Assembly (NCBI GenBank): GCA_030390025.1
Contig: CM059440.1
Coordinates: 44,640,001-44,704,000, forward strand
Direction of reading: 5' to 3'
DNA from: Squalus acanthias
Lineage: Eukaryota
Length of the DNA stretch: 64,000 nt
Below, piece after piece: positions 1 to 12,504 of this stretch. A program made the translations under genes and the position numbers. The first letter of the stretch is position 1. Each line of letters opens with the position of its first letter. The notes beneath the pieces are model-generated. The model was not told the DNA's origin and made no database searches. It saw only the letters and a list, made by a program, of their open reading frames with translations.

Positions 1-210
1 GCTTGTCCTTCCTGGTAGTACAGGCTGTGATGGAGGGTGGGAGCTGCTTGTTGAAGTATCCTTGGTGAGTTGCCGCAGTGCGTCCTGTAGATCATACACA
101 CTGTAGCCACGGTGTGCCGGGGACGGGAGGGGGAGTAGAGTGGGCCTGGTGACAGGGACACCAAGCAAGCAAACTTCTGTGTTCTGGATGATAAGTTTCT
201 TGAGGTGTAC
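1..210 (-). mobile_element. Old, diverged LINE-B 3' RT fragment
   Basis: Resembles 720-930 (ccttggtgagttgccgcagtgcgtcctgtagat...acactgtagccacggt) with many mismatches. Confidence 0.6.
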
Positions 211-2096
211 ATTTCAGAAATACCCAGAAGAAACACTCTGAGGCTTTCCTTTATGGTGCCATCCAACATAGGATTGACAAAGACATCGAATGGGATTGGT
301 GGCAGTGAACCTTACCTCAGTCCTAGAGAGAGGTTGCGAGAGTCTCTCATCCTTACACAAGGACTGGGACCTGCAGTACACATTCTGGATAAAATCTAAA
401 CATTGGCCTTGTACTCCCTTAGCTTTCAGCTTCGTGATGAGGGCCACATTTTTTTTTAATTAGTTCATGGGATGTGGGCGACACTGGCAGGGCCAGCATT
501 TATTGCCCATCCCTAATTGCCCTCAAGAAGGTGGTGGTGAGCTGCCTTCTTGAACTGCTGCAGCCCGTGTGGTGAAGGTACTCCCACAGTGCTGTTAGGG
601 AGGGAATTCCAGGATTTTGACCCAGCGACGATGAAGGAACGGCGATATATTTCCAAGTCAGGATGGAGTGTAACTTGGAGGGGAACCTGCAGGTGGTGGT
701 GCTCACATGCGCCTGCTGCTTTTGTCCTTCTAGGTGGTAGAGGTCATGGTTTTTGGAGGTGCTGCCGAAGAAGCCTTGGCAAGTTGCTGCAGTGCATCTT
801 GTAGATGGTACACACTGCAGCCACGGTACGCCGGTGGTGGAGGGAGTGAATGTTTAAGGTGGTGGATGGGGTGCCAATCAAGCGGGCTGCTTTGTCCTGG
901 ATGGTGTCGAACTTCTTGAGTGTTGTTGGAGCTGCACTCATCCAGGCAAGTGGCGAGTATTCCATCACACTCCTGACTTGTGCCTTGTAGATGGTGGAAA
1001 GGCTTTGGGGAGTCAGGAGGTGAGACACTCACCGCAGAATACCTAGCCTCTGACCTGCTCTTGTTGCCACGGTATTTATGTGGCTGGCCCAGTTAAATTC
1101 CTGGTCAATGGTGACCCCCCCCGGATGTTGAGAGTGGGGGATTCGGCGATGGTAATGCCGTTGAATGTCAAGGGGCGGTGGTTAGACTCTCGCTTGTTGG
1201 AGATAGTCATTGACTGGCACTTCTGTGGCATGAATGTTGCTTGTCACTTATCAGCCCAAGCCTGAAAGTCGTCCAGGTCTTGTTGCATGCGGGCATAGAC
1301 TGCTTCATTATCTGAGGAGTTGTGAATGGCACTGAACACTGTGCAGTCATCAGCGAACATCTCCACTTCTGACCTTATGATGCAGGGAAGGTCATTGATG
1401 AAGCAGCTGAAGATGGTTGGGCCTAGGACACTGCCCTGAGGAACCTTGCAGCGATGTCCTGGGGCTGTGATGATTGACCTCCAACCACCACAACTGTCTT
1501 CCTTTGTGCTAGGTATGACTCCAGCCAGTGAAAGAGTTTTCCCCCTGATTCCCATTGACTTCAGTTTTACTAGGGCTCTTTGATGCCACACTCGGTCAAG
1601 TGCTGCCTTGATGTTTACGGCAGTCACTCTCACCTCACCTCTGGAATTCAGCTCCTTTGTCCATGTTTGTACCAAGGCTGTAATGAGGTCAGGAGCCGAG
1701 TGGTCCTGGCGGAACCCAAACTGGGCATCAGTGAGCAGGTTATTGGTGAGTAAGTGCTGCTGATTGAGAGTAGACTGATGGGGCGGTAATTGGCCGGATT
1801 AGATTTGTCCTGCTTTTTGTGGACAGGACATACCTGGGCAGTTTTCCACATTGTCGGATAGATGCCAGTGTTGTAGCTGTACTGGAACAGCTTGGCTAGA
1901 GGCGCAGCTAGTCCTGGAGCAGAAGTCTTCAGTACGACAACCGGGATGTTGTCGGGGCCCATAGCCTTTGCTGTATCCAGTGCGCTCAGCCGTTCCTTGG
2001 AGTGAATCAAATTGGCTGAAGACTGGCTTCTGTGATGGTGGGGACCTCAGGAGGATGCCGAGAAGGATCATCCACACGACACTTCTGGCTGAAGAT

Positions 2097-3272
2097 TTCC
2101 AAAAGGCATTCGATAAGGTGCCACATAAAAGGTTATTACACAAGATTAGGGCTCATGGGGTTGGGGGTAATATAGTAGCATGGATAGAGGATTGGTTAAT
2201 GGACAGAAAACAGAGAGTAGGGATAAACGGATCTTTTTCAGGTTGGCAGGCTGTAACTAGTGGGGTGCCGCAAGGATCAGTGCTGGGGCCTCAGCTATTC
2301 ACAATCTATATTAATGACCTAGATGAAGTGACCGAGTGTAATGTATCCAAGTTTGCTGACAATACAAAGCTAGGTGGGACAGTAAGCTGTGAGGAGAACA
2401 CAAAGAGTCTGCAAAGGGATATAGATAGACTAAGTGAGTGGGCAGTAAGGTGGCAGATGGAGTATAATGTAGGGAAATGTGAGGTTATTCACTTTGGTAG
2501 GAAGAATAGAAAAACAGAATATTTTTTAAATGGTGAGAAACTTTCAAATGTTGGTGTTCAGAGAGATTTAGGTGTCCTCATGCAAGAAACACAGAAAGCT
2601 AGCATGCAGGTACAGCAAGCAATAAGGAAGGCAAATGACATGTTGGCCTTTACTGCAAGGGGGTTGGAGTGTAAGAGTAAGGAAGTCTTGCTACAATTGT
2701 ACAGGGCCTTGGTGAGACCACACCTGGGGTACTGTGCAGTTTGGTCTTATCTAAGGAAGATACACTTGCCTTGGAGGCGGTGCAACGAAGGTTCACTAGA
2801 TTGATTCCTGGGATGAGAGGGCTGTCCTATGATGAGAGATTGTGTAGAATGGACCTATACTCTCTGGAGTTTAGAAGAATGAGAGGTGATCTCATTGAAA
2901 CATACAAGATTCTGAAGGGGATTGACAGGGTAGATGCTGAGAGGTTGTTTCCCCTGGCTGGAGTGTCTAGAACTAGGGGGCATAGTCTCAGGATAAGGGG
3001 CAGGCCATTTAAGACTGAGATGAGGAGGAATTTCTTCACTCAGAGGGTGGTGAATCTTTGGAATTCTCTGCCCCAGAGGGCGGTGAATGCTGAGTCTTTG
3101 AGTATATTCAAGGCTGAGATCGATAGATTTTTGGACTCTAGGGGAATCAAGGGATATGGAGATCGGGCGGGAAAGTGGAGTTGAGGTCGATGATCAGCCA
3201 TGATCTTATTGAATGGCAGAGCAGGCTCGAGGGGCCGAATGGCCGACTCCTGCTCTTATTTCTTATGTTCAT
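2097..3272 (+). mobile_element. CR1 LINE 3' portion nested in LINE-B
   Basis: [36 protein letters not shown]; ttcttatgttc tail; aagat duplicated at 2092-2096 and 3273-3277. Confidence 0.95.
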
Positions 3273-4787
3273 AAGATGGTTGCAAACGCTTCAGCCTTGT
3301 CTTTTGCACTCACGTGCTGGGATCTGCCATCACTGAGGATGGGGATATTCATAGAGCCTCCTCCTCCCATTAGTTGTTTAATGGTCCACTACCATTCACA
3401 ACTGGATGTGGCAGGACTGCAGAGCTTTGATCTGATCCGTTGATTGTGGGATCGCTTAGCCCTGTCTATAGCATGCTGCTTCCGCTTTTTAGCATGCATG
3501 TAGTCCTGTGTTGCAGCTTCCCCAGGTTGGCATCTCATTTTTAGGTACGCGAGGTGCTGCTCCTGGCATGTTCTTCTGCACTCCTCATTGAACCAGGGTT
3601 GGTCCCCTGGCTTGATGGTAATGGTGGAGTGAGGGATATGCCGGGCCATGAGGTTACAGATTGTGGTGGAATACAATTCTGCTGCTGTTGATGGCCCACA
3701 GCGCTTCATGGATGCCCAGTTTTGAGCTGCTAGATCTCTTCTGAACCTATCCCATTTAGCACGGTGGTAGTGCCACACAACACGATGGAGGGTGTCCTCA
3801 GTGTGAAGATGGGACTTCGTCTCCACAATGATTGTGCGGTGGTCACTGCTACCAATACTGTCATGGAGAGATGCATCTGTGACATTTAGATTGGTGAGGA
3901 CGAGTTCAAGTAGGTTTTTCCCCTCGTGTTGGTTCTCTCACCACCTGTCACAGGCCCAGTCTGGCAGCTATGTCCTTCAGGACTCGGCCAGCTCGGTCAG
4001 TAGTGGTGCTATCAAGCCACTCTTAATGATAGACATTGAAGTCCCCCACCCAGAGTACCTTCTGTGCCCTTGCTACCCTCAGTGCTTCTTTCAAGTGGTG
4101 TTCAACATGGAGGAGTACTGATTCATCAGCTGAGGGAGGGCGGTAGGTGGTAATCAGCAGGAGGTTTCCTTGCCCATGCTTGACCTGAAGCCATGAGACT
4201 TCATGGGGTCTGGAGTCAATGTTGAGGACTCCCAGGGCCACTCCCTCCCGACTGTATACCACTGTGCCGCCACCCCTGGCGGGTCTGTCCTGCCGGTGGG
4301 ACAGGACATACCCAGGGATCGTGATGGAGGAGTCTGGGACATTGGCTGAAAGGTATGATTCTGTGAGTGTGAGTATGACTATGCCAGGCTATTGCTTGAC
4401 TGGTCTGTGGGACAGCTCTCCCAATTTTGGCACAAGTCCCCAGATGTTTGTGAGGAGGACTTTGCAGGATGGACTGGGCTGGGTATACCGTTGTCATGTC
4501 CCTAGCCGGTGCCGAGGTGGGTGGTCCATCCGGTTTTATTCTTATTGTTTTTCATCGCGGTTTGTTACAACTGAGTGGCTTGCTAGAGGGCAGTTAAGAG
4601 TCAACCACATTGCTGTGGGTCTGACGTCACATATAGGCCAGAACAGGCAAGGATGGCAAATTTCCTTCCCTAAAGGATTTTAGTGAACCAGATGGGTTTT
4701 TACGAGAATCCAGTAGTTTCATCGTCACCATTACTTACACTAGCTTTTTATTCCAGATTTATTTAATTAACTGAATTTAGCTGCCAT

Positions 4788-5776
4788 AGAGTCATAGAGA
4801 TATACAGCACAGAAAGAGGCCCTTCGGCCCATCGTGTCCGCTCCGGCCATCAAGCCCTGTCTATTCTAATCCCATTTTCCAGCACTTGGTCCGTAGCCTT
4901 GTATGCTATGGCGTTTCAATTGCTCATCTAAATGCTTCTTGAATGTTGTGAGGGTTCCTGCCTCTACCACCCTTTCAGGCAGTGAGTTCCAGATTCCAAC
5001 CACCCTCTGGGTGAAAAAGTTTTTCCTCAAATCCCCTCTAAACCTCCTGCCCCTTACCTTGAAACTATGCCCCCTGGTTATTGACCCCTCTACTAAGGGG
5101 AAAAGTTCCTTTCTATCTACCCTATCTATGCCCCTCATAATTTTGTACACCTCAATCAGGTCCCCCCTCAGCCTTCTCTGCTCTGAGGAAAACAACCCCA
5201 GCCTGTCCAGTCTCTCTTCATAGCTGAAGCGCTGCAGCCCAGGTAACATCCTGGTGAATCTCCTCTGCACCCTCTCCAATGCAATCACATCCTTCCTGTA
5301 GTGTGGCGACCAGAACTGCACACAGTATTCCAGCTGTGGCCTAACTAGCGTTTTGTACAGCTCCATCATAACCTCCCTGCTCTTATATTCTATGCCTCGG
5401 CTAATGAAGGCAAGTATCTCATATGCCTTTTTAACCACCTTATCTACCTGTCCTGCTGCCTTCAGGGATCTATGTACATGCACACCAAGGTCTCTCTGAT
5501 CCTCTGTCCTTCCTAGGGTCCTACCATTCATTGTGTATTCCCTTGCCTTGTTCGTCCTCCCAAAATGCATCACCTCACACTTTTCAGGGTTAAATTCCAT
5601 TTGCCACTGTTCTGCTCATCTAACCAACCCGTCTATATCGTCCTGTAGCCTGAGGCTTCCCTCCTCGCTATTTACCACTCCACCAATTTTCGTGTCATCT
5701 GCGAACTTACTGATCATACCTCCTACATTCATGTCTAAATCATTAATGTACACTACAAACAGCAAAGCACCCAGCA
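4788..5776 (-). mobile_element. CR1 LINE 3' portion nested in the LINE-B 5' head
   Basis: ORF 4866-5600 (LVRPQLEYCVQFWSP, RVVGIWNSLP); TSD tgccat at 4782-4787 and 5777-5782. Confidence 0.95.
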
Positions 5777-7699
5777 TGCCATGGGAGGATTTGAACTCAT
5801 GTCGCTGGATTATTAGTCCAGACCTCTAAATTACTAGTCCATTAACATAACCACGATGCTACCGTTCCAGTGAGGCACCATATCAAAAGGCTTATGAAAC
5901 CTGTGTGAGCCTCACACGATTCCTTGCTGATTGCTTGTGCAGGCCTTCAAAGCATCTGTTACACAAGCCATGACAACCCCCAAGAGCCAGCTTAAGAACC
6001 ATTAATATCAGTAAAATGCCACACACGCAGATTTTGAGACAGTTTGGGGGACAACTAAGTTGAAGTGCCAGAGGCAGTAAAAGCACTGATTTCCATCAGC
6101 AAATGGTGGCCAGGTAGACAGCGCTTGGGAAACACTGAATGCCAGCGTGAAACACTGATCATTGGCATGTATGAACTATGGGCCACTAGGGTACGGTCCT
6201 GAGGAATGCAAACTACCAGGCACGGGAATCGGCTGAAGATGCAAAGGGAAAAATTTGCTAGGTTTTCATCACGCAATGGATTAGAAAAGCAGACTTAAGT
6301 CACATTTCTGAATTAAATTGAATATCGTTGCTGTGGGTGGAGGAAGAGGCAAGACCAGCCTGAAAAACTGTTCCCAGGGAAGCAAGCCTGTTTCTGGATG
6401 CAGAGGCTGATCAAGCTGAGGAGGCAAAAATACAAGTGACATTATTTACACCAAGAGTGTGGCTGACTCTCGCTTAAAAAAAACCCAGTTAAATGCAGAA
6501 ACCTGGCTTTGTGTTTTGGATGCCCTCTGATTTCTCTGCTCTACTTTTTTCTATGTCCTTTGGTCCCTCAAATAGCGGCTCCAACACTGAGGCAAAACTG
6601 TGTCTATTTCCAACCCAGCACCAAATGCAGGGCCATAAATTAACTTCATTCCCAAGCGAGTCTTTTCTCGGGGCTCTGGAGGCAACAGAAAGACAGATTA
6701 GCATCTACACGGTGGTGTGGTATTGTAGTGATGAAGATTCTGGATGAGCAACCCACCACGGCAAGTGAATTCAATGAATGTGTGGGTTGGCACGAGAAAG
6801 AATTTCCATAAAATCCCAAGTGGTTCACTTCAGAGAACCGACCACCCCAGCTAGTCTGGCCCACACGTAACTCCATTCCCACACTACATGGGGGCAGAAC
6901 TTGGTCCTCGTTGTGCTCGTTTTACAGGGTGCGAAGAGGACCAATTTGGACATTACTGCCAAAACACTGCCCGTTCACTCTGAAAGCAAATTGTTGGCAA
7001 CGATCAAAATGTTTGCTCCATATCACAAGGTCCAATTTTCTTCATAGATGTCTGGAAAAAAATTAATTTAAAAAAAGTAATTAATTAATTTCTTCAAAAA
7101 AACAGCATAATACAGAAAAAGTATTCACAGCCTGGCCCGTCTCACAGTTCCTTAACATGGGCTTAGACAAAGAGGAGGCCTTGGTCTCCAGTCCGCCAAA
7201 TTCATGGGCACAAGTACCACCTCCTCCTGTGCTGGAATTGGTTGCAGGACCATTGTCGCTGTGTTCTCCAATCCCTCTTCATCCTCCCCATTGGCCCTGG
7301 GGCGAATTAACCATGCAGTGGTCACATCAAGTTAGGTTCATGGGCCCAGGAAAAAAAACCTGAGGCCTGGTAGCTTCAGCTCAGAATGAGGGGCCGGAAT
7401 CCGGTTGGGGAACACATTTAGAAAATAAACTCAATTCATTAATCAAAAGAACAAATTGAAAACTATTTTGATTTAAAAGATCATGTTGTAAAGCTTCCTT
7501 AAGTGCAGCTCGTACATACATGCACCGAGTTTGTATAATGGCCATGGTAATGGTGCTCAACGTGGCTCTGCATGGCTGATAGTGTTTGGGGCCTCGGACT
7601 CTCGGGTTATTGGCGAATTTCTCAACTACCTCAATGAGTGCCATGAATTGGCATCCAGAATCCTGACTGCTCACTCAAAACTCAAGCGGTTGGCAACTC

Positions 7700-7860
7700 T
7701 GCAGAACCCGTTCTCATCATATTCCGGCACATATGTGTAGGGTTCAGGAACAGGAACCATGGTGATTCCCCCCTCCCTAGCCCGAGGCTACGGAGCCCAG
7801 CTGCATGGTGCTTGATGCTGCTCCAGCTTGAATCAGTTAACTCAAGTGCTCAACTCTTAA
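7700..7860 (-). mobile_element. Ancient SINE-like repeat fragment (other copies at ~9060-9190, 10940-11200, 26610-26820, 36840-37190, 47700-47900, 59500-59820)
   Basis: Recurrent degenerate motif 'ctagggagggg..cagggttcctgctcctgatcgcta.ccagtg' in several places. Confidence 0.5.
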
Positions 7861-8329
7861 GAATTAAATTAAAAACTAGGTTAATTATTGGTGTAATGTT
7901 CTGTCTGGTAAAATGCACTGTAACTTGCAGAATTACAGGATAGTACAGCGTTGGGTCATATTATAGGCGAGGGAACACCCTCTCTCCAGTGCTCCACTCC
8001 TGCTAAGACTGGTCAGCGTTTGTTTAATTAAATCATTTCCACAATACTTAATAATCAATTAGTATTAATCTTGGAATTGTACCAACGCTGGAATTCTAAG
8101 TGCGTCATGAAGTTTTGTGAGCAGCTGAGTCACGTAAACCAGAACGGTCTGAAGTTTGGGTCTTGGCTGGTGCTGAATTGGCTGATCTGGGGCTGGCCAG
8201 GGCACTATAGGTGGTGGATGGAAAACTCTCAGGTGGATGTAAAATATCCTGGGGCACTATTTCGAAGAAGAGGAGGGGAGTTATACCCGGTGTCCTGGCC
8301 AATATTTATCCCTCAACCAACATCACAAC

Positions 8330-8863
8330 GCGGAGATGCCGGTGTTGGACTGGGGTGGACAAAAATGAGAAGTCGCACAACACCAGGTTATAGTCCAACA
8401 GTTTTATTTGAAATCACGAGCTTTCGGAGCGCTGCTCCTTCGTCAGGTAAAGTGAAGGAATACAAATCAGCAAAGCATATATAGACAGAAAACAATGTGT
8501 AGCGTACAATGTCAGACGACTACAGTAAATCTTTCTGACTGCCCTCCATCACACCTCGGCAGAGAGACAATCAGGCCAGTCAGGAAGGCATTACATCAAA
8601 GACACAGCAAAATTCAGCTAAGACAATGAGGTGGGGTCACAGGGGGTCCAACGTGTCAAATGCTGCAGTCTGGATGGTTAAGCTTTTTACTTTTTTTAAA
8701 AAACTGGAAATCACATCTGTGAACAAGCCAACGACGACTCGAGTTTGGATGACTCTACGTCATGTAGCGTGACATGAAACCAAGATCCCGGTTGAGGCCG
8801 TCCTCATGGGTGCGGAACTTGGCTATCAGTTTCTGCTCGATGATTTTGCGCTGTCGTGTCTCG
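8330..8863 (-). mobile_element. Penelope-like element 3' end (GIY-YIG C-terminus, 3' region with hammerhead)
   Basis: Translates RKIIEQKLIAKFRTHEDGLNRDLGFMSRY, matching 62030-62139; 11-bp TSD aacatcacaac at 8319-8329 and 8864-8874. Confidence 0.92.
8414..8450 (-). ncRNA. Minimal type-I hammerhead ribozyme
   Basis: uuac-CUGACGA-a-ggagc/agc/gcucc-GAAA-gc-UC-guga: intact core, stem II and stem I. Confidence 0.8.
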
Positions 8864-9544
8864 AACATCACAACAACAGATGATCTGGTCATTATCACAT
8901 TGCTGTTTGCGGGAGCTTGCTGTGCACAAATTGGCTGTCGCGTTTCCTACATTACAACAGTGACTACGCCTAAAGTACTTCATTGGCTGTAAAGGGCTTT
9001 GGGATGTCCTGAGTTTGTGAAAGGTGCTATAGAAATGCAAGTCTTTCTTTTGTTTCTCTGGGTTGAGAGGAGGGGAAACTCACCAGGGTTCCCTGTCCTG
9101 ATCGCTACCCCGCCGCCTCTGCCAGTGTGGGCAGGATTAGGCTCCACACACTGCTTATAGGCAGCTTGCCGTTTGGGGAGGGCAGGGAATCGAGCAGGGC
9201 ACATACTATGTGGGCTTGCAGCAGCATCTTAAAGGGGAGGGCTGAAAAGATCAGCTCAACAGAGCAGCAGATTAAAGGAGCAGGGAAATATAAAGAGTGC
9301 AGCAAGTTAAACTGAGGAAAGCTTTTCAGTTTAAAAGTCCCAAAGAGAATGAAGAAACAGTCCTGCCTCCAGCTTTACCCAAATGCAGTTTCTGATTCTT
9401 TTAAGTAGAGCTGCAAATGGCCACCTCCATGCCTATACCACCCACGGTTTACGAGTGGGTTGAGCTGGCAGTGCCGATTGACACCAAAATTGCATCATTT
9501 GACACTTATTTAAATATATTAATGAGGCCCCTGCCTGCCCTACC

Positions 9545-10685
9545 TTCGACAGTGCAGCGCTCCCTCAGTACTGCCCCTCTGACACTGCAGCACTTCCTCA
9601 GTACAGCCCATCCGACAGTGCCGCGCTCCCTCAGTACTGCCCCTCCGACAGTGCAGCGTTCCCTCAGTACTGCCCCTCCAACAGTGCAGCCCTCCCTCAG
9701 TACTGACCCTCCAACAGTGCAGCCTTCCCTCAGTACTGCCCCTCCGACAGTGCAGCACTCCCTCAGTACTGCCCCTCCGACAGTGCAGCACTCCCTCAGT
9801 ACTGCCCCTCCGACAGTGCAGCACTCCCTCAGTACTGCCCCTCCGACAGTGCAGCACTCCCTCAGTACTGCCCCTCTCAGTACTGCCCCTCCGACAGTGC
9901 AGCACTCCCTCAGTACTGCCCCTCCGACAGTGCAGCACTCCCTCAGTACTGCCCCTCCGACAGTGCAGCCCTCCCTCAGTACTGCCCCTCCGACAGTGCG
10001 ACGCTCCCTCAGTACTGACCCTCCGACAGTGCGGCGCACCCTCAGTACTGTCCCTTCGACAGTGCAGCGATCCTTCAGTACTGCCCCTCCGACAGTGCGG
10101 CGCACCCTCAGTACTGCCCCTCCGACAGTGTGGCGCTCCCTCAGTACTGCCCCTCCGACAGTGCGGCGCTCCCTCATTACTGACCCTCCGACAGTGCAGC
10201 GCTCCCTCAGTACCGCCCCTCCGACAATGCAGCGCTCCCTCAGTACTGCCCCTCTGACACTGCAGCACTCCCTCAGTACCGCCCCTCCGACAGTGCGGCG
10301 CTCCCTCAGTACTGCCCCTCCGACAGTGCGGCGCTCCCTCAGTACTGCCCCTCTGACACTGCAGCACTCCCTCAGTACCGCCCCTCCGACAGTGCAGCGT
10401 TCCCTCAGTACCGCCCCTCCGACAGTGCAGCGCTCCCTCAGTACCGCCCCTCCGACAGTGCAGCGCTCCCTCAGTACTGACCCTCTGACAGTGCGGCGCT
10501 CCCTCAGTACTGCCCCTCCGACAGTGCAGCGCTCCCTCAGAACTGCCCCTCCGACAGTGCAGCGCTCCCTCAGTACTGCCCCTCCGACAGTGCAGCGCTT
10601 CCTCAGTACTGCCCCTCCGACAGTGCAGCGCTTCCTCAGTACTGACCCTCCGACAGTGCGGCGCTCCCTCAGTACTGCCCCTCCA
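9545..10685. repeat. 33-bp minisatellite (ccgacagtgcagcgctccctcagtactgcccct)n, ~34 units
   Basis: Direct tandem repeats with no spacers; explains the repetitive ORFs 9417-10736 and 9540-10367. Confidence 0.97.
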
Positions 10686-11261
10686 GTTCAGAGGCGGGAG
10701 TGCTGCCCCCGTTTAATCGGACCGGCGGGTCTCTAGCGGTGAGTCAGTGAAAGGTTTTCTTCCCGTTACGGCCCTTGTTTAGCGATGTAAGCGGTGCGGC
10801 AGCAAGTTTAAAATCAGCCCCATTGAGTTTCTCTCTTGTTTCATAACACAGTGAGAAGCTCTGATTACTCTCCTGGTCTATTTGTCCCTCCGAAGTCCTT
10901 CGTTACCCTACCTGCAAAATTGAATTTGTGCATTTTTTGAACTCTTCAATAAGCTGCACCCAGTGGAGCTCCCGCAATGGGTGCAGCAGGTAGAAGCATC
11001 ACCTCGTTAACTACTAAACCATACAGCCCAGGGCCCGGGCTGCTCCCCCGCTCTGTGCTGAGATTGCTGAATCCAGCCGCACAGCAGCTGAGATGTTACG
11101 ATTGGCGTCAGCATCTTGGGCTCGGGAGGGGGTTGCAAACAAAAAAAACGCCGCGGATCCTGCTCCCGATCGTTAATTAGTGACCCTGCAGGTCAGTGTG
11201 ACCGTGATGTGCAAACAGACTTGGGCTCAACTCTCTGGTCCTGGTGGTTGAAGACTGTCGA

Positions 11262-11655
11262 CATTTGCATTTATATCACGACATCAAGACGTCCCAAAGC
11301 CTTTACAGCCAATGAAGAACTTTTGAAGCCTAGTCACTGTTGTAATGTAGGAAACACGGCAGCCGAATTGCGCACAGCAAGCTCCCACAAAAAGCAATGT
11401 GATAATGACCAGATAATCTGCTTTTTTATAAATATTGTCCAGGAGGAACTTCCCTGATCTTCAAAATAGCGCCATGACATCTTTTATGTCCACCCGAGAG
11501 GGCAGACGGGGCCTCGGTTTAACATCTCACCCGAAAGACGGCACCTCCAACAGTGCAGCACTCCCTCAGCACTGCACTGAAGTGTCAGCCTAGACGAGAG
11601 TGAGACTCGGACCCACGACTCAAAGGCGAGAGTGCTACCCATTGAGCCATGGCCG
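11262..11655 (-). mobile_element. Deu-domain SINE with tRNA-like head and a single 33-bp unit
   Basis: Head tggctcaatgggtagcactctcgcc; Deu core; L2-type tail. Confidence 0.85.
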
Positions 11656-12504
11656 ATACCTTGGACTCTCAGGTGAAAACTGGCCACGTGGGTGAGGTAC
11701 CAGAGGAACATGGAATTGTACCTCTCGAGGGATCAGCGCCTTCAGGAGAAGCAATGGGGAAAAGAACTTACTAAAAAAAAATCTACTGAATAGAACAAAT
11801 TCTTGGGAGACATTAACATGTCTCAGCAACAGTGCATACCATCCCTCTTCACTTGGCTCTCCCTCGGTGTAGGTGAAGACAATATATGTAACAGGATACT
11901 ACGAAATACATAAAATATCCCAGAACATTGCATAAACCATTGTAACCATGGTCACCTGTGAGTTTGTTCTTGGGGAATATTTTCCATATTTCCCGGTTTC
12001 TGCTCTGCTCCCCACCCTCCCCCGCACACACACACGCTCTTTATTTTACATTTAGCTACGATAATGACAGTACAACACCACTGTGCCGGAGAATATTCCC
12101 AAAGTCTTGCGGAATGCCGCTATTCAGACCACACACAAGGTCTAAACATAAGGGCAGCACATTGGGAAACAAAAAATGTAGAAGAGAGAACTCTCGCCGC
12201 ATGTGATCCAAAAAAACTCCTAAATGTAAATGTAATTTGTTAAAGGGCGTCTCGAGCTTCCAGGAACTCCTACATAAAATTAGTACATGAATCCAACCCT
12301 TTCACCTCCTGTCAGTTCCCCACAGGGCAAGGGAAGCAGTGAGTGCAGAAACCAAGCACGATGACTAGAATAGTGCCACATGTCTTTGGACGGGTTGGCT
12401 GTAAGTCATTTTAGGTCAAAGCTAAATTATTGCTCGGGTTTGGGGGAGGATAGTGACGTACAAGTGCAGCGGGGGTGGTGGTGAGGGGAGAGAAACCTCT
12501 CTCG

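Larger units (their letters stand above)
449..5868 (-). mobile_element. Near full-length CR1-group LINE ('LINE-B'): tRNA-like head, 5'UTR, degraded APE endonuclease-RT ORF, 3' tail; interrupted by two CR1 insertions
   Basis: APE motifs NIWGL, TTYRPPS, WVGDFN (4023-4480). RT motifs [40 protein letters not shown]. Tail caattagggatgggcaataaatgc plus A-run. A-box 5851-5861, B-box 5788-5798. Multiple frameshifts. Confidence 0.9.
8225..9050 (+). mobile_element. Deu-domain SINE (SacSINE1/AmnSINE1-like) split by a Penelope insertion
   Basis: caggtggatgtaaaa...cccggtgtcctggccaatatttatccctcaacc core and L2-type tail gtgaaaggtgctatagaaatgcaag. Confidence 0.8.

Noticed and set aside
1968-2804. 278-aa ORF as a novel RT fusion
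   Set aside because: Chance read-through from antisense LINE-B into the nested CR1 at 2097
438-5882. TSD around the whole tRNA-headed LINE (tgagggccaca vs tgaggcaccata)
   Set aside because: Too imperfect to count as evidence
9417-10736. 439-aa mucin-like ORF (and 53622-55028, 30663-31169 ORFs)
   Set aside because: By-product of the 33-bp tandem repeat; open on both strands and embedded in or derived from a SINE
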